Assembly (NCBI GenBank): GCA_965645245.1 | Contig: OZ287071.1 | Location: 744,001 to 808,000 of the forward strand | Length of the DNA stretch: 64,000 nt | Direction of reading: 5' to 3' | DNA from: Massalongia carnosa | Taxonomy: Eukaryota | Part shown: positions 25,505 to 37,413 of the stretch, in pieces | Layout of the letters: every line of letters begins with the position of its first letter | Numbering within the stretch: position 1 is the stretch's first letter | Notes under the pieces: model-generated | Told to the model about the DNA's origin: nothing | Database searches by the model: none | What the model saw: only the letters and a program-made list of their open reading frames with translations | Made by a program: the position numbers and the translations under genes

Positions 25505-26348
25505 CTATGACTGGCTTTTAATACGGCCCAGGACAAACTGCCACAGATCCTTTTGCCAGGCGGCAGACTTCCAAACAAACTTTCGTCCCTTTACGATGTC
25601 ATTAGCCACATAAAAACAGTCCGGTTCTCTACCCATCCACCATGGTCTGCTCTTGCTGACGGTAGAATTTGAAGCTCTGGCAAGGTTCGCAACACCCAAT
25701 CTAGCTTTGGTCTCTTTTAGATCTGATAGAAGCATACGACATACGCGAACCCGGCCAGAAAACCGCATGGTCGTTAGATCAATCTCGGTATTCGCTGGCA
25801 CTTGCTCAATCCATTTGACCAATTGCTCCTTGGAACGGCGAGCAAAGGCCGGCAGCTTGATATGCACATAGCTCACAAAGGGTGCTGTTGTGTACGTTAC
25901 AAACACCATCGGAATGGCTCCACCAATGATGACTAACAAAATTTTAGTCATGTAAGCATTGTCCTGCCAATACCTCCTCACCTCCAAGCAAAATCCAGTT
26001 GGACCAATCAGGAGAAAGATAAAATGAAGGGGCAATAACCAAGCAGGAGAAGGAAAATAGAAAGATAGTATTTATTTTCAAGCAGCCAACGAACACGGTC
26101 CGTAAAGTTCCTGCACGATAGACCAAAAGACGCTCTGGAAAAATGGCTGTAGAGGTCAGTCGTGTATACTTGATCCTTATCGCTCTACAGACCATACCTG
26201 CTTTAGGGGGGGTATAGCCAGATTTCGAGTAGGCTCGACGAAGTAGTTTACACGGCGTGGCTGTGGCTTCTTTCCTTAGGATGGTTTCCCAGGAATTTCG
26301 AGCTCCAAGTCGTCGAAAGACGCTCGTCCAGATTCTCAGCTTAATCAT
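25505..26348 (-). CDS. Hypothetical two-TM protein, probably mitochondrial inner membrane
   Basis: Arg-rich presequence-like N-terminus (..LLRRAYS), then FPERLLVYRAG..VFVGCLK..TM1, intron, VIIGGAIPMVFVTYTTAPFVSYVHIKLPAFARRS..; two GT-AG introns join ORFs 25944-26348 and 25505-26035. Confidence 0.7.
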
Positions 26349-28243
26349 TACTTTGGACGGGTAAAGACTGAAGGACGGGAGTCTGAAAGTCCTTCAAAGT
26401 GAAACCATTGGTGGTCGTCGTTAGCGATTGTGGCGCAGAACACTAACGATATTCAGAGTAGGTGGTTTTTGTTGTGGCTGATCCCAATCTTGAAGCTGCG
26501 CCTCATCAACGGGTACATTTTTCTTGTCCTCGTTCAGGCTCTTAGAACTCTCAATCAAGTTTGTGCCAAAATCTTCAGAGATGATACGAATAACTGGGCA
26601 TCTGCGTGGCATACGGTCTTTTGCTAGGAGAAAAGGAGGCGGAATAATTTCACTAAATGACCTTTTATTAAACCTCTTGTCACATAACTTCAGAGAGCGG
26701 AACTCCCGGGGCTGTTGACATGGACAGGGAAACACATCACGACCACAAGGACTTATTTACTAGATAGAAAAGGAGTAAGACCGAAAGATTAGTCAACCAA
26801 CAGCCTTGGGACCCTCATGCCTCATGCCGCATCAGCTTTACCTCCGCGATTCCTCTCCCTCCTTACTATTAGGCAGCAGCATATTTGCAACTAGGAGTAT
26901 AACTGATACAACCCAATAAAATCAAAAGACTATGGGAATTGCTAAATTTACTCAAGAATATAACTAGGGATGCAATTTTTAATATCTTCAGCACCAGTCT
27001 CAGCCGAAGGCTCAGCCGGATACATAATTTATTTCTTTGGATAGGTGGCCTAATATTTTAGAGGAGAACTCAATGTTGTCCTTCCCAAGATGGTATTTGT
27101 ATTCTTCACCCTAGTTTTGGATATCTTCTTCATGCTATTGGCTGATTAAATAATATAGAGTAGCAAGGATTTTGATTAAAGGTATCTGGTGACAGCCATA
27201 TCTGCTAACAACTCCTCAATACAATACTAGGGACTTATAGATCTCATCGTTGTGTCTCCATCTATATACAACGATGATTTTCACGAGCGACCAACGAGAT
27301 ATGGGTTGATTCAATCTCCTATGTGGAGCTTATGTCAGCTATAAAGCTTGCAAAACTCAAGTCTACAACTAGAAGGTCAAACCCACTTTCTCTGTTGCAT
27401 ACAGACTATCGGGCACTTCCATGACTCCAACTTTGGTATAATTTCAGGACACCTGGCAGGCATCCTCCTAAATTAGGGATATTTGCAGTGGAACATCAGA
27501 CCTTGAAGAAATTTCTCCAGAGTATAGAGTTTCCGAAAGTGGGCAGCTAGCTGCTAGGAATTGTATCGGTTTTGTTTCTATCGGGATCACGAGAGTGAGA
27601 AAAAGCCGTGACAACTTCTCTCAAAAACCACCTATTGCAGTAGCCTTGGATCGCAGCCAAATGGTGTTTTCTTAGACAATAAAACCATGATATATCAGCT
27701 GAATATTCGATTTTTGGAGAGATCCCAATTGAATAAGTCTCGGCTCTCCAAATGAGCTGAAGGGGCAACTTGACAGGACTATGTTTTGACGGCGGGTGGA
27801 TGGATGGGTACTTCGTTTGGTTGATACTCTGTAGCACCTTGCCGATAGTGATAGTTAAACCCCAGAGTCATGACGAAAATGCAACGCTCCAAACTATGAT
27901 GCGCTTATTCTGAGCCAGACTGTAATGTGCGTAAATGTATGTTCACTCAATCTAGATTCTTGTCTCGATGCTCTGTATTTGCCAGAGTATTCTCTTAGAA
28001 ATTCCTCAAGCTGTTTCGAGCCAGAACGGGATGCAGGGGGTAATCTTGATGTAACGTCTCGATTAGGGAACATTCAATGGCCAAAGTGCCTCATCACCAA
28101 ATCCGTGTCTTCCTCCCATCAATCCCATCTAGACACTCGTTATTTCCTAGAGTTGCTCATTGGCGTCTACGATGATCTGCTTTGCTGCCAGAGTGTCTGG
28201 GCGATAAAATGAGCCAATTCTTTAACACTCGCAGATCGGCAAC

Positions 28244-29545
28244 ATGGCTCGACCTTTCTCCATTCTTCACTTCTTGTGTGTCTTAGGTATGATCTGCCTG
28301 GTGAGGGCATACTCGACTCTTTCAGATGACACCCTGCACGCCATCCCCGGTCCCGGCGACGATTTCAACATCCAAACCGGCAAACTCCTCGCCCCAATCC
28401 TCCGGCCTCGAGTCCCAGGAAGCCCCGGCTCCACCGCCGTCCTCAACCACTTTGTTGATTTCTTCCAAACGAGGCTTCCGGAATGGCGCCTCTCATTCCA
28501 AAACTCTACTTCCAAAACTCCCGTGACAGGGGATGCAGATATTCCTTTTGTCAACATGATCGCCTCACGCGACCCGCCGTGGATCAAGCCGGGCGACGTG
28601 GGTCGCCTTACGCTGGTGGCTCATTATGATAGTAAACTGACTCCGACTGGCTTCATCGGGGCTACAGATAGCGCGGCACCGTGCGCCATGCTCATGCACG
28701 CGGCGCGTAGCGTAGACGGAGCGCTGACGAAAAAATGGGCCGCGATGCAGGCCAAGGGCGTGGGGGAGGACACATATCTAGGGATGGAGGATCACCAAGG
28801 TCTACAGATTATTTTTCTCGACGGCGAGGAGGCATTTCAGTCGTGGACGAAGGAAGACTCCCTCTATGGCGCGCGATCCTTGGCTGCGGAAATGGAAAAC
28901 ACCCCCCATCCGGCCATGTCGAGGTACAAAAGCGCCATCTCGGCTATCTCCCTCTTCGTGCTGCTCGATCTTCTCGGCGATAAGAACCCCCGGGTGCCAT
29001 CATACTTTGAAACTACGCACTGGGCCTACCGGAACATGGCTACGCTAGAAAAGCGTTTCCGCGCCCTCTCCCTTTTCCAATCTGCTAGCCAATCTTCCAC
29101 CTCGAAGCGATTCACAAATCCCAGCAGCAGCAGCAAAACCAGCCGCCGAAACCCGCACCCCAGCAAGATGCAGAACAAGAACAAGAAGCCCCGCCAAGCG
29201 AAACCCGACCCCAACCCCAAGCCGTTCCTTCCGGATATCGACAAGCAGGGCCATTTCTACATGGCGGGTATGGTGGAGGACGACCACGTGCCGTTCATGG
29301 CCCGCGGCGTCGAGGTCCTGCACCTCATCCCCACGCCCTTTCCGAAAGTGTGGCACCACATGGCCGACGACGGGGCGCATCTCGACCTCGACACGTGTGC
29401 CGATTGGGCCGTTCTAGTCACGGCCTTTGTGGCCGAGTGGATGGATCTGGAAGGGTTTTTCCATACCCTGCAGCCGGGTTCGGCGGAGAGGGAGAAACGG
29501 GACGGCGGTGGTGGGGCCGTCATCATCAGCAAAACCGAGCTGTGA
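28244..29545 (+). CDS. Glutaminyl-peptide cyclotransferase (M28 family, Zn-dependent), with signal peptide
   Basis: Hydrophobic N-terminus, RVPGSPG, LVAHYDSK..FIGATDSAAPCAML, FLDGEEAF..SLYGARSLA, LFVLLDLLG, VEDDHVPFMARGVEVLHLIPTPFPKVWH..DD. Single exon. Confidence 0.92.
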   Translation: MARPFSILHFLCVLGMICLVRAYSTLSDDTLHAIPGPGDDFNIQTGKLLAPILRPRVPGSPGSTAVLNHFVDFFQTRLPEWRLSFQNSTSKTPVTGDADIPFVNMIASRDPPWIKPGDVGRLTLVAHYDSKLTPTGFIGATDSAAPCAMLMHAARSVDGALTKKWAAMQAKGVGEDTYLGMEDHQGLQIIFLDGEEAFQSWTKEDSLYGARSLAAEMENTPHPAMSRYKSAISAISLFVLLDLLGDKNPRVPSYFETTHWAYRNMATLEKRFRALSLFQSASQSSTSKRFTNPSSSSKTSRRNPHPSKMQNKNKKPRQAKPDPNPKPFLPDIDKQGHFYMAGMVEDDHVPFMARGVEVLHLIPTPFPKVWHHMADDGAHLDLDTCADWAVLVTAFVAEWMDLEGFFHTLQPGSAEREKRDGGGGAVIISKTEL

Positions 29546-30813
29546 GTCCAGCCGTATCGTATCGTATCGTTTTTTTTCTTCGGAGACTATGTCTCATGTG
29601 GGGTTCATGGGCTTATTTTTTTTGTTTGTGAAGCGGTGGTGGGGGGGATGCGATTGGCGGTTTCTTAGGCCTCATAGGTCTTTTGAGTTGTGATTGATAC
29701 CCCCGTACTGGTACATATAGATATATTCCGTAGGGATTCGTCATCTATTGGTTTCTTTCGCTTCATATTCGATGGAAAAGGAAGGAAGAAGATCGTTAAA
29801 CGTTTTTTTATCTTCCATCCAGAATCCCAAAATCCAATGACCAGCAAAAAAAAGCACAACCCCTCCCCTTTCCTTTCCTCGTCCATGTCCAGACGATTCG
29901 ATCCATCGACCCATTCCTCCATCCAAGCTATCCAATCCACCACCCTCACCAACCAGCATCCAATATCCAAAGCCCTCCCTCCCACAGTCGCTTCACTCAC
30001 TCACTCACTCACTCACCCACTTAATCATTCTATTCAGCCTACCCAACCAGCCAGCCCGGTACCCCTTTCCCCGGAACCGTGATGGAAGAGAAAGAGATTT
30101 ATCCATTTAGCTATCTACCTACCTACCTACCTACCTAACCTATGTAGAGAAAGGGGAAATGATCGAATACCGAATAATCGAAGAGCGAGTTTTTTCTCTT
30201 TTTTTTTTTTAAAAAAAAAGCCAAAAAAAACAAAAGATGGGATATAGACATATATAGGTATATCGCATTCTTACTTACCTACCTAGCGAGAACGGCCGCC
30301 TGCATTTTACCCCCCCCCCCCCCCCAAAAAGTCCTGAGAGGGATGGATGAGGGGCGAGGGTGAGATGTTTGATGTTTAGGTTTGGGGGGGGGGGGGAACT
30401 GGGAAAGGGGGGGGGAAGGGAGAGGAACTGAATTTGTATGTATATGTATGTCGATATATAGTTACTTTTCTTACCTTGGTTGATAGAGAGAGCTGAGCTG
30501 AGAGAGAGGGGCGGGAACGGTAACGAGAGAGCAGGAGGAAAGATTGATTCCTTGTTGTTGGCACATAGCTCCTTGCACCCGCGAATCGAACCGGGTCGAA
30601 AACGAGCGAGGTTCGTTATTGCATGGAATCTTCAAATACACTATATATATCCGTTGCCGGGGGGGGAAAAAAAAAAAAAAAAAAAAAATTGATGCAGGAA
30701 GATTCCATGTTAGGATTTATCCTCCGACGCGACCAAGACATGCGCCCATGGAAAATATCACCAATCCCGCCACCACAACTCCCCCCTCCCTCAACCCCAT
30801 AGAACTGGCTTTT

Positions 30814-31948
30814 TCAATGACTTGGAGGATGAGCCCCGTATCCACCGTCCAACTCCAGCGGCGTCTCTCGCAACTGCGGCATCTCGTGCCTTGCTGGATC
30901 CGTTCCATCGGACAGCTCCGACCGGAGCGACTTGATCGGATCGTTCTTCACCACCGGCGGCGGTGAGGGGAGTTCCTTGGCGCCTTCGCCGGGCGACCAG
31001 GGTGGGGGATCCCCACGAGAGTGCTGCCTCATGCTGGCGTTCGACGAGGAGATGGTGGCGTTGCGGTTCTTGCGCTTGCGGGAGCGGAAGATGAAGAAGA
31101 CGGCGGCGATCAGGAGGCCGGCGCCTAGACCGACGACGAGGCCGGTTATGAGGCCTGCGTGGGAGGTTGATCGAGAATGACGGTTGGCTGCGCTGCTGGT
31201 TGTGGCAGCGGCCGCGAGGGGGTTGCTAGTTGTTGTGGGGGTCTCGGTGGAGACGACGGTTAGGCGCTATTGCAAGGTTAGAGCGGGGACAGTTTGCCGC
31301 CAACGAGAGGAGACAATCGTACCTGAGTGGTTTCGAGCGCAAACCCGTCGATGGGATGGGCGTAGGCTTGGCCCGAGGTCGTAAACAGCATCACGCCGCT
31401 GGAGCTGCTGTTGTCATATTGGGTTACGGTTTGGCTGAAGATGTTGCTGTAGCAGGTTCCTCCATAGCCTGGGCGGCCTGGAGTCGAGGTGTCGGGAGGA
31501 TGAAAGCCATAGTTACTGTGCGATTGCAACTGTATCAGCGGACCACCAGTGCTTCGTTCCGAACCATGGGAGTTTACCTCGGGCAGCAGGCAACGTAGAG
31601 CGGGCGAGATGTCACGGTTTGGTTGAAGATGGTAAAGTAGTTGTCCGGACAGACCAGCGGACTGAAGGCTGGGAGAAAGGTGCCGCTTGCGGAGGCGAGA
31701 TAACTCGTCACGAATTGGGTTGGATAGCAGTCGGAAATGGTGGTATTGGCTACGGGTCGAGGCTCGTTCAGCCAGATTTGATATGCCGCCGACATCAACA
31801 TGGTTAGATGGCCGGCAGTGCATGATGCAGGAGGTGTGAACGTTGTGGTGAGTGCGGGTGTCTGGAAGTTTAAGACGGGCGAGACTTGGGCGGACGAAGA
31901 GATTGTGCGCGTTGGTGCAGATGTTGGAGTTGGGGTTTGCGGCGCCAT
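30814..31948 (-). CDS. Hypothetical single-pass membrane protein with a Cys-containing, S/T-rich ectodomain
   Basis: ALTTTFTPPASC..DCYP..AFSPLVCPDNY..ACCP, intron, GYGGTCYS..AHPIDGFA, intron, S/T stalk, TM LITGLVVGLGAGLLIAAVFFIF, basic RSRKRK, cytosolic tail ending at 30814. Confidence 0.75.
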
Positions 31949-32332
31949 GGTGGTGGTTTATGGGTAGTACAGTAGTATACGGAGAATCCTATCTCTCTCT
32001 TCACGAGGCAGTGTTTTATTTGCTCCTCCCGTACAAGGTGGATAGAGTTTTTGCTGGATTATTCAGGAAGGATGACTGTACGGGCCATGAGACGAGCGAT
32101 AGGAGAGAGAAGGAAAACGAGAAAAGAACAAGGACAAGGAAAAGGAAAAGGAAAAGGAAACAGAAAGGAAGGGGAAAGGGAAAGAAAGGTGGAGGAAGGT
32201 TGAAGGATGCAGCGAAGAGCAACGTTGGGTATGTCTCTTTGCTCGAGAGAGCAGGTATTCGATTCGAATGCAATATCACTCCTATTGAGTGCGTAGTTTG
32301 TAATTCGAGTGATGCAGCAAAACGGGGGATCC

Positions 32333-32383
32333 CGTGATCCCGTGATCCGTGATCCGTGATCCGTGATTCGTGATCCCGTGATC
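32333..32383. repeat. Heptamer microsatellite (CCGTGAT)n, about 7 imperfect units
   Basis: ccgtgatcccgtgatccgtgatccgtgatccgtgattcgtgatcccgtgatc is directly visible. Confidence 0.9.
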
Positions 32384-34550
32384 GACTATCTCTCTCTCAC
32401 TCTCTCTCTGTGTGTCTCGGTCTATCGCTCTCTCCCCTCGTCCTCCCCCTCTCCCTTCCACGCTTAATTTCAGAATGATTACAGAGTGGAGTACAGGGTA
32501 TGACAAGTACCTGGAAGGGTGGGGCACCCCTCATTAGCTCCCTGGGTGCGCTTGGCCTCATGCAGATCCAAACACCAGCGTTATTCTCGTGTTGGTGCAT
32601 TTGCTATATTGCTGCATTTGCTGCATGGAGCGTTAAAGGATCCCAACCCTCAGGGTTTGGCGGGTTAAGCGAGAGTGATGAAACGTGATCCGAACAAAAG
32701 AGACCGGGTCTGGGAAGTACAGAGCCATTTATAGATCGTCAGTGACAAGCCTATCAGCGACGATCCTGTAAGCGCTCTGCCTCTGGATTGGCTACGCACT
32801 GCAGAGCTGCAGATGCAGAGCAAATGAGCTTGTGCGAATGAGGGAGAACGGCAGCACGCCTGACGAACCTAAAACTGCACGGTTGGTGAACGGAGTCAAG
32901 GGTCGCCGGAGTTAAAGCCACCCAAGCCCATTTCACTTCTTGATTTTATACGGAGTACCTACCTAGCAGAGTACCTAGTGACTCGATGCCGAGTTACTCT
33001 GTACCGAGTTACTCTGTCACCCTGTACCGATCCCAATGGGCTATCGAGAGACCCGACGACAGGCACTCTCGGAATAGATTGGCCCGTTGGTTAGATGAGA
33101 GAACGAAAGATTGCCGAGTCATCCAAAGACGGCTCGGGATACCTAACCCCCCTAGCTTCTTGACCCGTGTACTCTGCAGAGCGGGTTAGAATGGCAACCT
33201 GTGCAAGGAAAGATGCAAACAGGGTCGAAGAGATGGCAAACAAAAATGTCGCAACAGGTGGCTGTGCTTATGCACAGGTGTGTTTTTTATCCGCGCTGTG
33301 CCTCACAGTTGTACCAAGGAACCATAGGTTCCTCGCTGCTTCGCCGCGAGACCTTCATAGTCCCCACCCTCTCCCTTGAATGATATCCTATCTGTTCATC
33401 ATGCGCTGGAAATCGGTCACGGTCAAGTCCTTTGAGACTGTTCGTGGCGATCGAGCAGTGATGGTTCTGCAAAACACCGTTGCCCTTCAGATTGAATAAT
33501 TCGTTGATGGTAATACCACAAGTCTGTCCTTCACCTCTGCCCCGGACTGTGATCCTGCAAAGCTGTGTCGTTGCGCGACCAAAGAGCGTTCTTCTGAGCC
33601 CGCTGATGTTCCACACGACGTAGTCATTCTGTATGTTAGCACGTTAACCCCAATCTGCGATCCAGAGTACCGTTCGTCGTGAGAGACCTCCGACGATCCA
33701 ACGCATACTCATATGTCTAACGAGGAGATCGTTTGAATGCCTAGCTTGGAAGGATACGGTTGAAAGGCAGACCTGGAAAAATGCTCCTGAAAAGCTTGCC
33801 ATCCTCCTAAGAATATTGGACCCTTGCCGCCGTCTCTGTCGTAATACGTCAGGGGGCCCTCGATGAGAGGAGTGCTTTGTATATTTCCGGCAGCATTTAT
33901 TTCCTTGGTTCAGTGTGGGCTTCTATGTTCAACAAATGCTCCAGGCCATATCTTGTCATTTGTAAACGAGAGGGACAGAGCGGAGAAAACACATGTTCAC
34001 ACACAACGGCCACGGCAATACTGAATACCAGTCGTATGAGACAGAGGCGCACATGGGTGTCTCTCATGCAAAGCCAGCGAACATGAAATCGCGTGGGATG
34101 GGTGAAGCATTTCCAGATGAACGATGAGTGGCGGAAAGGGACAGTGAAGGTTCAACGCTATGCCGACCCTCTGGAAGAGGGTTAGCGGGGTTCCTATGTG
34201 TACGAATACGAAGCTCCTTTCGGGTTTTCTTATGGAGTTCCCTCACATCAAAGGCGAGAACCTAACCTGTTTCCTATTCTCCCACCAACGCCATCTTCCT
34301 AAGCACTACTGACAATGGATAAGCGTGGGTGAACCGATCAGCTTCTCCGGTGGATTTTGTACGTATGAATTTTGTCTGGACCTGTGCGGTATCAACAAAG
34401 GGGTGCCTCATGCAGGATGCAACGCGGTGTTGTTTTGCACGCGATTGGAGCTTCGCTTGCCTGTGCCAATCCGAAACACGTCCTATTGACGAAGATGGTT
34501 TTTCACTCCAGCAGAGAAACATTGGCTGACAAACGTGTCTGGTCGCAGTC

Positions 34551-36269
34551 ATGTCAGGTAAAACCAACAGTACGGTCAACAATCTGCGGGCCATGTTTGA
34601 GCAGAATCAAGATTCTACATCACCCCCTTCCCGCGGCCGATCGCCCGTGGGCTCGGAGAATCTGACCGCCGTCGATTCACGACCCCTTTCCAAGGTGCGA
34701 ACAAGCTTTGTCTCTGTCGAACGGATTGGACAAAAAGCTCCTTTTAGCAATATGAAGAAGCAAAGTGACAATAACGATCGTAGCTGTGATCCCGAGGGTG
34801 GAAGCGACTCTAAGGTAACTGCTGACAGCGCTGCCCCCAAAGTACCAGAGCTCAACGGAAATAAAATGCACCAGTCACCCGGAAAGGCTTCGGTGAAAAG
34901 CGACACGTTATCAACTGGGAAGCCTGCAGATGGACAAGAACATGTGGATATGCCTAGTGTTGGCGATTCCAAGGTGTCATTGGTTAGCGGCATTGATAAT
35001 GCGCAGGACACAGAGGCTGAGGATACGCTTAAAACGAGTCCTGCTCCAGCACCCGATGCACAATCCGAAGAATCCAATATAGAAGCTTCGAAACCCGACG
35101 AAGAGCCCCAAGACCTGGGCGCGATTCTCAAAGGGGCTCCTTTTGAGCAAGAAGGGAAGATAAAGCCAGATGCTTCACAGAAGGCAGATGCAAGTACACG
35201 CAACGGCCCCGCCTCAACCTCGAAAGAGACAACTACTTCAAAGTCTGAGCCATCAAATAGCCACATCAAAATCGGTCCGACTGCAAAAGCTGCTTCGCAA
35301 CAGAAATTTACATCGAGCTCTTCTCGCCCACCAGCCATCAACACGAAGAAATCTTCTCCCAAGGCGGCCAAGGTGGCAGCGGCGTCGACCGACAGTTCTA
35401 AGGCGTCTCCTAAAGCACCACGCTCGCCAAATGCCATTGGGAGACTAACGTCGTCCAAGACCGCATCACCAAGGCAGCAGGTTCCATCCAAGCCTTCGAA
35501 CAACATTGGTCGAGAAAACAAAAAGGAGCCCGTCTCAAAAATAAGTCGAGCTCCCGCAGGAGCAAAAGCACCAGGAACAACGACGGCCAAGGCCGAGAAA
35601 AGCGTCCCTAACGGCAATCCGGTCAAAAAACCTAGCCTAAGCTCTCCTACCGCAAAACCTCGACCAAAGTCCCCTACACGTCCTGTCCGTCTTCCTGCCG
35701 CCGCGACAGCCACAACGGCCTCTTCTGCAGCAAAACTCGGCGACACTGCACCCTCCCGACCTCCAAGTCGTGCAAGCACCACGAACACTAGCAAGCCCTC
35801 TCTGCCCGCAAAAGATCGTGGGGTGCCTTCGTCTCGAGAACCACCTCTAGGCGTCAAGTCAACCGTTCGCAAATCCTCCTCCCGTCCTTCCTTGCCAGCA
35901 CCATCAACCACCACCCAAAAATCGAAAGCACGTTTGAGCATCGCCAGTACGAAAGCGCCCGAAGGGTCCTTTCTAGCGCGGATGATGCGGCCCACCCAAA
36001 GCTCGGCAAGCAAAACGCATGAAAAAGTCGAACATGCTCCTCCCGGCAAATCACATCCTATCAGATCCAAGAGGAAGAGCGGTGGCAGCGAAGAGGATGA
36101 AAAAGGAGCCGGTGCAGACGAGCCCCTCCCAACGGCTTCACGGCAGCAGGATGAGCAAGGTCCTGCGCCAAACGCAGAAGCCACGGATGATGCTCTCCAC
36201 GAAACCGCAGCCACGGAAGAAGCTGTCCACGACAGCGAAGCCAACCCGATGGAGATGACACCTGCGTGA
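34551..36269 (+). CDS. Disordered S/P/K/A-rich protein of unknown function
   Basis: 572-aa single-exon ORF with short ordered-looking motifs VNNLRAMFE, RPLSKVRTSFVSVE, PKSPTRPVRLP and SFLARMMRPTQSSASK. Confidence 0.8.
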   Translation: MSGKTNSTVNNLRAMFEQNQDSTSPPSRGRSPVGSENLTAVDSRPLSKVRTSFVSVERIGQKAPFSNMKKQSDNNDRSCDPEGGSDSKVTADSAAPKVPELNGNKMHQSPGKASVKSDTLSTGKPADGQEHVDMPSVGDSKVSLVSGIDNAQDTEAEDTLKTSPAPAPDAQSEESNIEASKPDEEPQDLGAILKGAPFEQEGKIKPDASQKADASTRNGPASTSKETTTSKSEPSNSHIKIGPTAKAASQQKFTSSSSRPPAINTKKSSPKAAKVAAASTDSSKASPKAPRSPNAIGRLTSSKTASPRQQVPSKPSNNIGRENKKEPVSKISRAPAGAKAPGTTTAKAEKSVPNGNPVKKPSLSSPTAKPRPKSPTRPVRLPAAATATTASSAAKLGDTAPSRPPSRASTTNTSKPSLPAKDRGVPSSREPPLGVKSTVRKSSSRPSLPAPSTTTQKSKARLSIASTKAPEGSFLARMMRPTQSSASKTHEKVEHAPPGKSHPIRSKRKSGGSEEDEKGAGADEPLPTASRQQDEQGPAPNAEATDDALHETAATEEAVHDSEANPMEMTPA

Positions 36270-36810
36270 TTCCGTGGACTGGGTTTCTCGGCTACAAGTC
36301 TTGCGCGCGTGCAGCGAGATGTGGCTCGGAACTTTGCGCTCCCTTTGCTTGTAGGTATTCATTTTGAGTAAGGAGCCCAGCATTGTGATTTGCGATGGGG
36401 AGTGAGGGAATGTGTGAAGCGGGGGAGCCGGTTTCCAAGCGGTTGTACTTGTAGCATCATCCTAACTGCACGCTGCGGAGAACCCAAGCGCCGGTCGTTG
36501 TAGAGCTGAGCTGAGCGTTGCGTTGAGGTTTTGTTTATCACTCACTCCCGTCTTACATTCTACGCGTTCTCGGGCATCGTGACGGCTTTATCTACACGCA
36601 GCCTTGACTTTCTTTGGTTCAAAGTCTTCCCCTATTCGCCACCACCTCCTTGCCAAATCAACGAAACTCCAGCAAATGCAGTATGATAAACCGCTATGTC
36701 CCCATAAACGCACAATCCACTGGCAGGACCCCCGAATCTCATCCATCTCCCCTCCCGCTCCCAGATCTGCCCCTGGGCCACCTAAACCCATCCATCCCCC
36801 ATCCTCCCCC

Positions 36811-37413
36811 TTAATAAACCGGATTGACCCGACACAGCAACATCCCGCCCGTCTTCCTCTCCACACACTCCCTAATCTCCATGATGCCGCGATCGGTACT
36901 GACATACAGGCTCTCGCCCACGCCGCGCAGCCCGCCCACGTACCCGGTGTTGTCCCCACGACACAGCACCTCCAGCTCGGGGACGCCCATCCACACGCGC
37001 CGCGTGGGCTTGCTGACCACGCGCATCTTGCGCAGCACGGGCTCGTTGCGATGATACTTGAGTCCGACCCAGAGCCGGCGCGAGGCGATGTTTTGCTGCG
37101 TGATGAGCGGCGTGGAGGAGTTTTCTCGCAGTTCCTCCGAGGACGAGGAGGAGGAGGAAAGGGGAATGGTGGGGAACGGGCCACCGCCGCCGGTGACGTT
37201 GTCGAGCGGGTTTGCGGAAAAGGTCGGGGAGAGCGCGGACGGGGGGGGTGGTTGCGGGCCGCCGATGGTGACGGCGCTGATGTAGCCGCTTTTTTGTAGC
37301 GACAAGAGCAGGTTGTGGAGTTGTTTCGTGGATGGGATTGAGGTCAGCCCGAGGCGCGCGGCGGAGGCATTTTGGAGGTGCGAGCAGGCGTGCGAGAGGA
37401 GGACGAGGGACAT
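36811..37413 (-). CDS. MRPS8: Mitochondrial small-subunit ribosomal protein uS8m
   Basis: MSLVLLSHACSHLQNASAARLGLTSIP..LQKSGYIS..NIASRRLWVGLKY..PVLRKMRVVSKPTRRVW..VSTDRGIMEIRECVERKTGGMLLCRV. Confidence 0.93.
   Translation of the reverse strand: MSLVLLSHACSHLQNASAARLGLTSIPSTKQLHNLLLSLQKSGYISAVTIGGPQPPPPSALSPTFSANPLDNVTGGGGPFPTIPLSSSSSSSEELRENSSTPLITQQNIASRRLWVGLKYHRNEPVLRKMRVVSKPTRRVWMGVPELEVLCRGDNTGYVGGLRGVGESLYVSTDRGIMEIRECVERKTGGMLLCRVNPVY

Noticed and set aside
29550..30700. Small ORFs in homopolymer- and microsatellite-rich intergenic DNA (also 7970-8800, 42400-43150)
   Set aside because: Translations are dominated by simple repeats and lie between convergent 3' ends.
32333..32383. Heptamer arrays here and at 63736 as CRISPR or telomeric repeats
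   Set aside because: No spacers, eukaryotic context, and not TTAGGG. They are ordinary microsatellites.
34607..36244. 545-aa antisense ORF (also 23673-24569, 36604-37299, 44538-45326, 51880-52503)
   Set aside because: Shadows of low-complexity or GC-rich sense genes, with no recognisable motifs.
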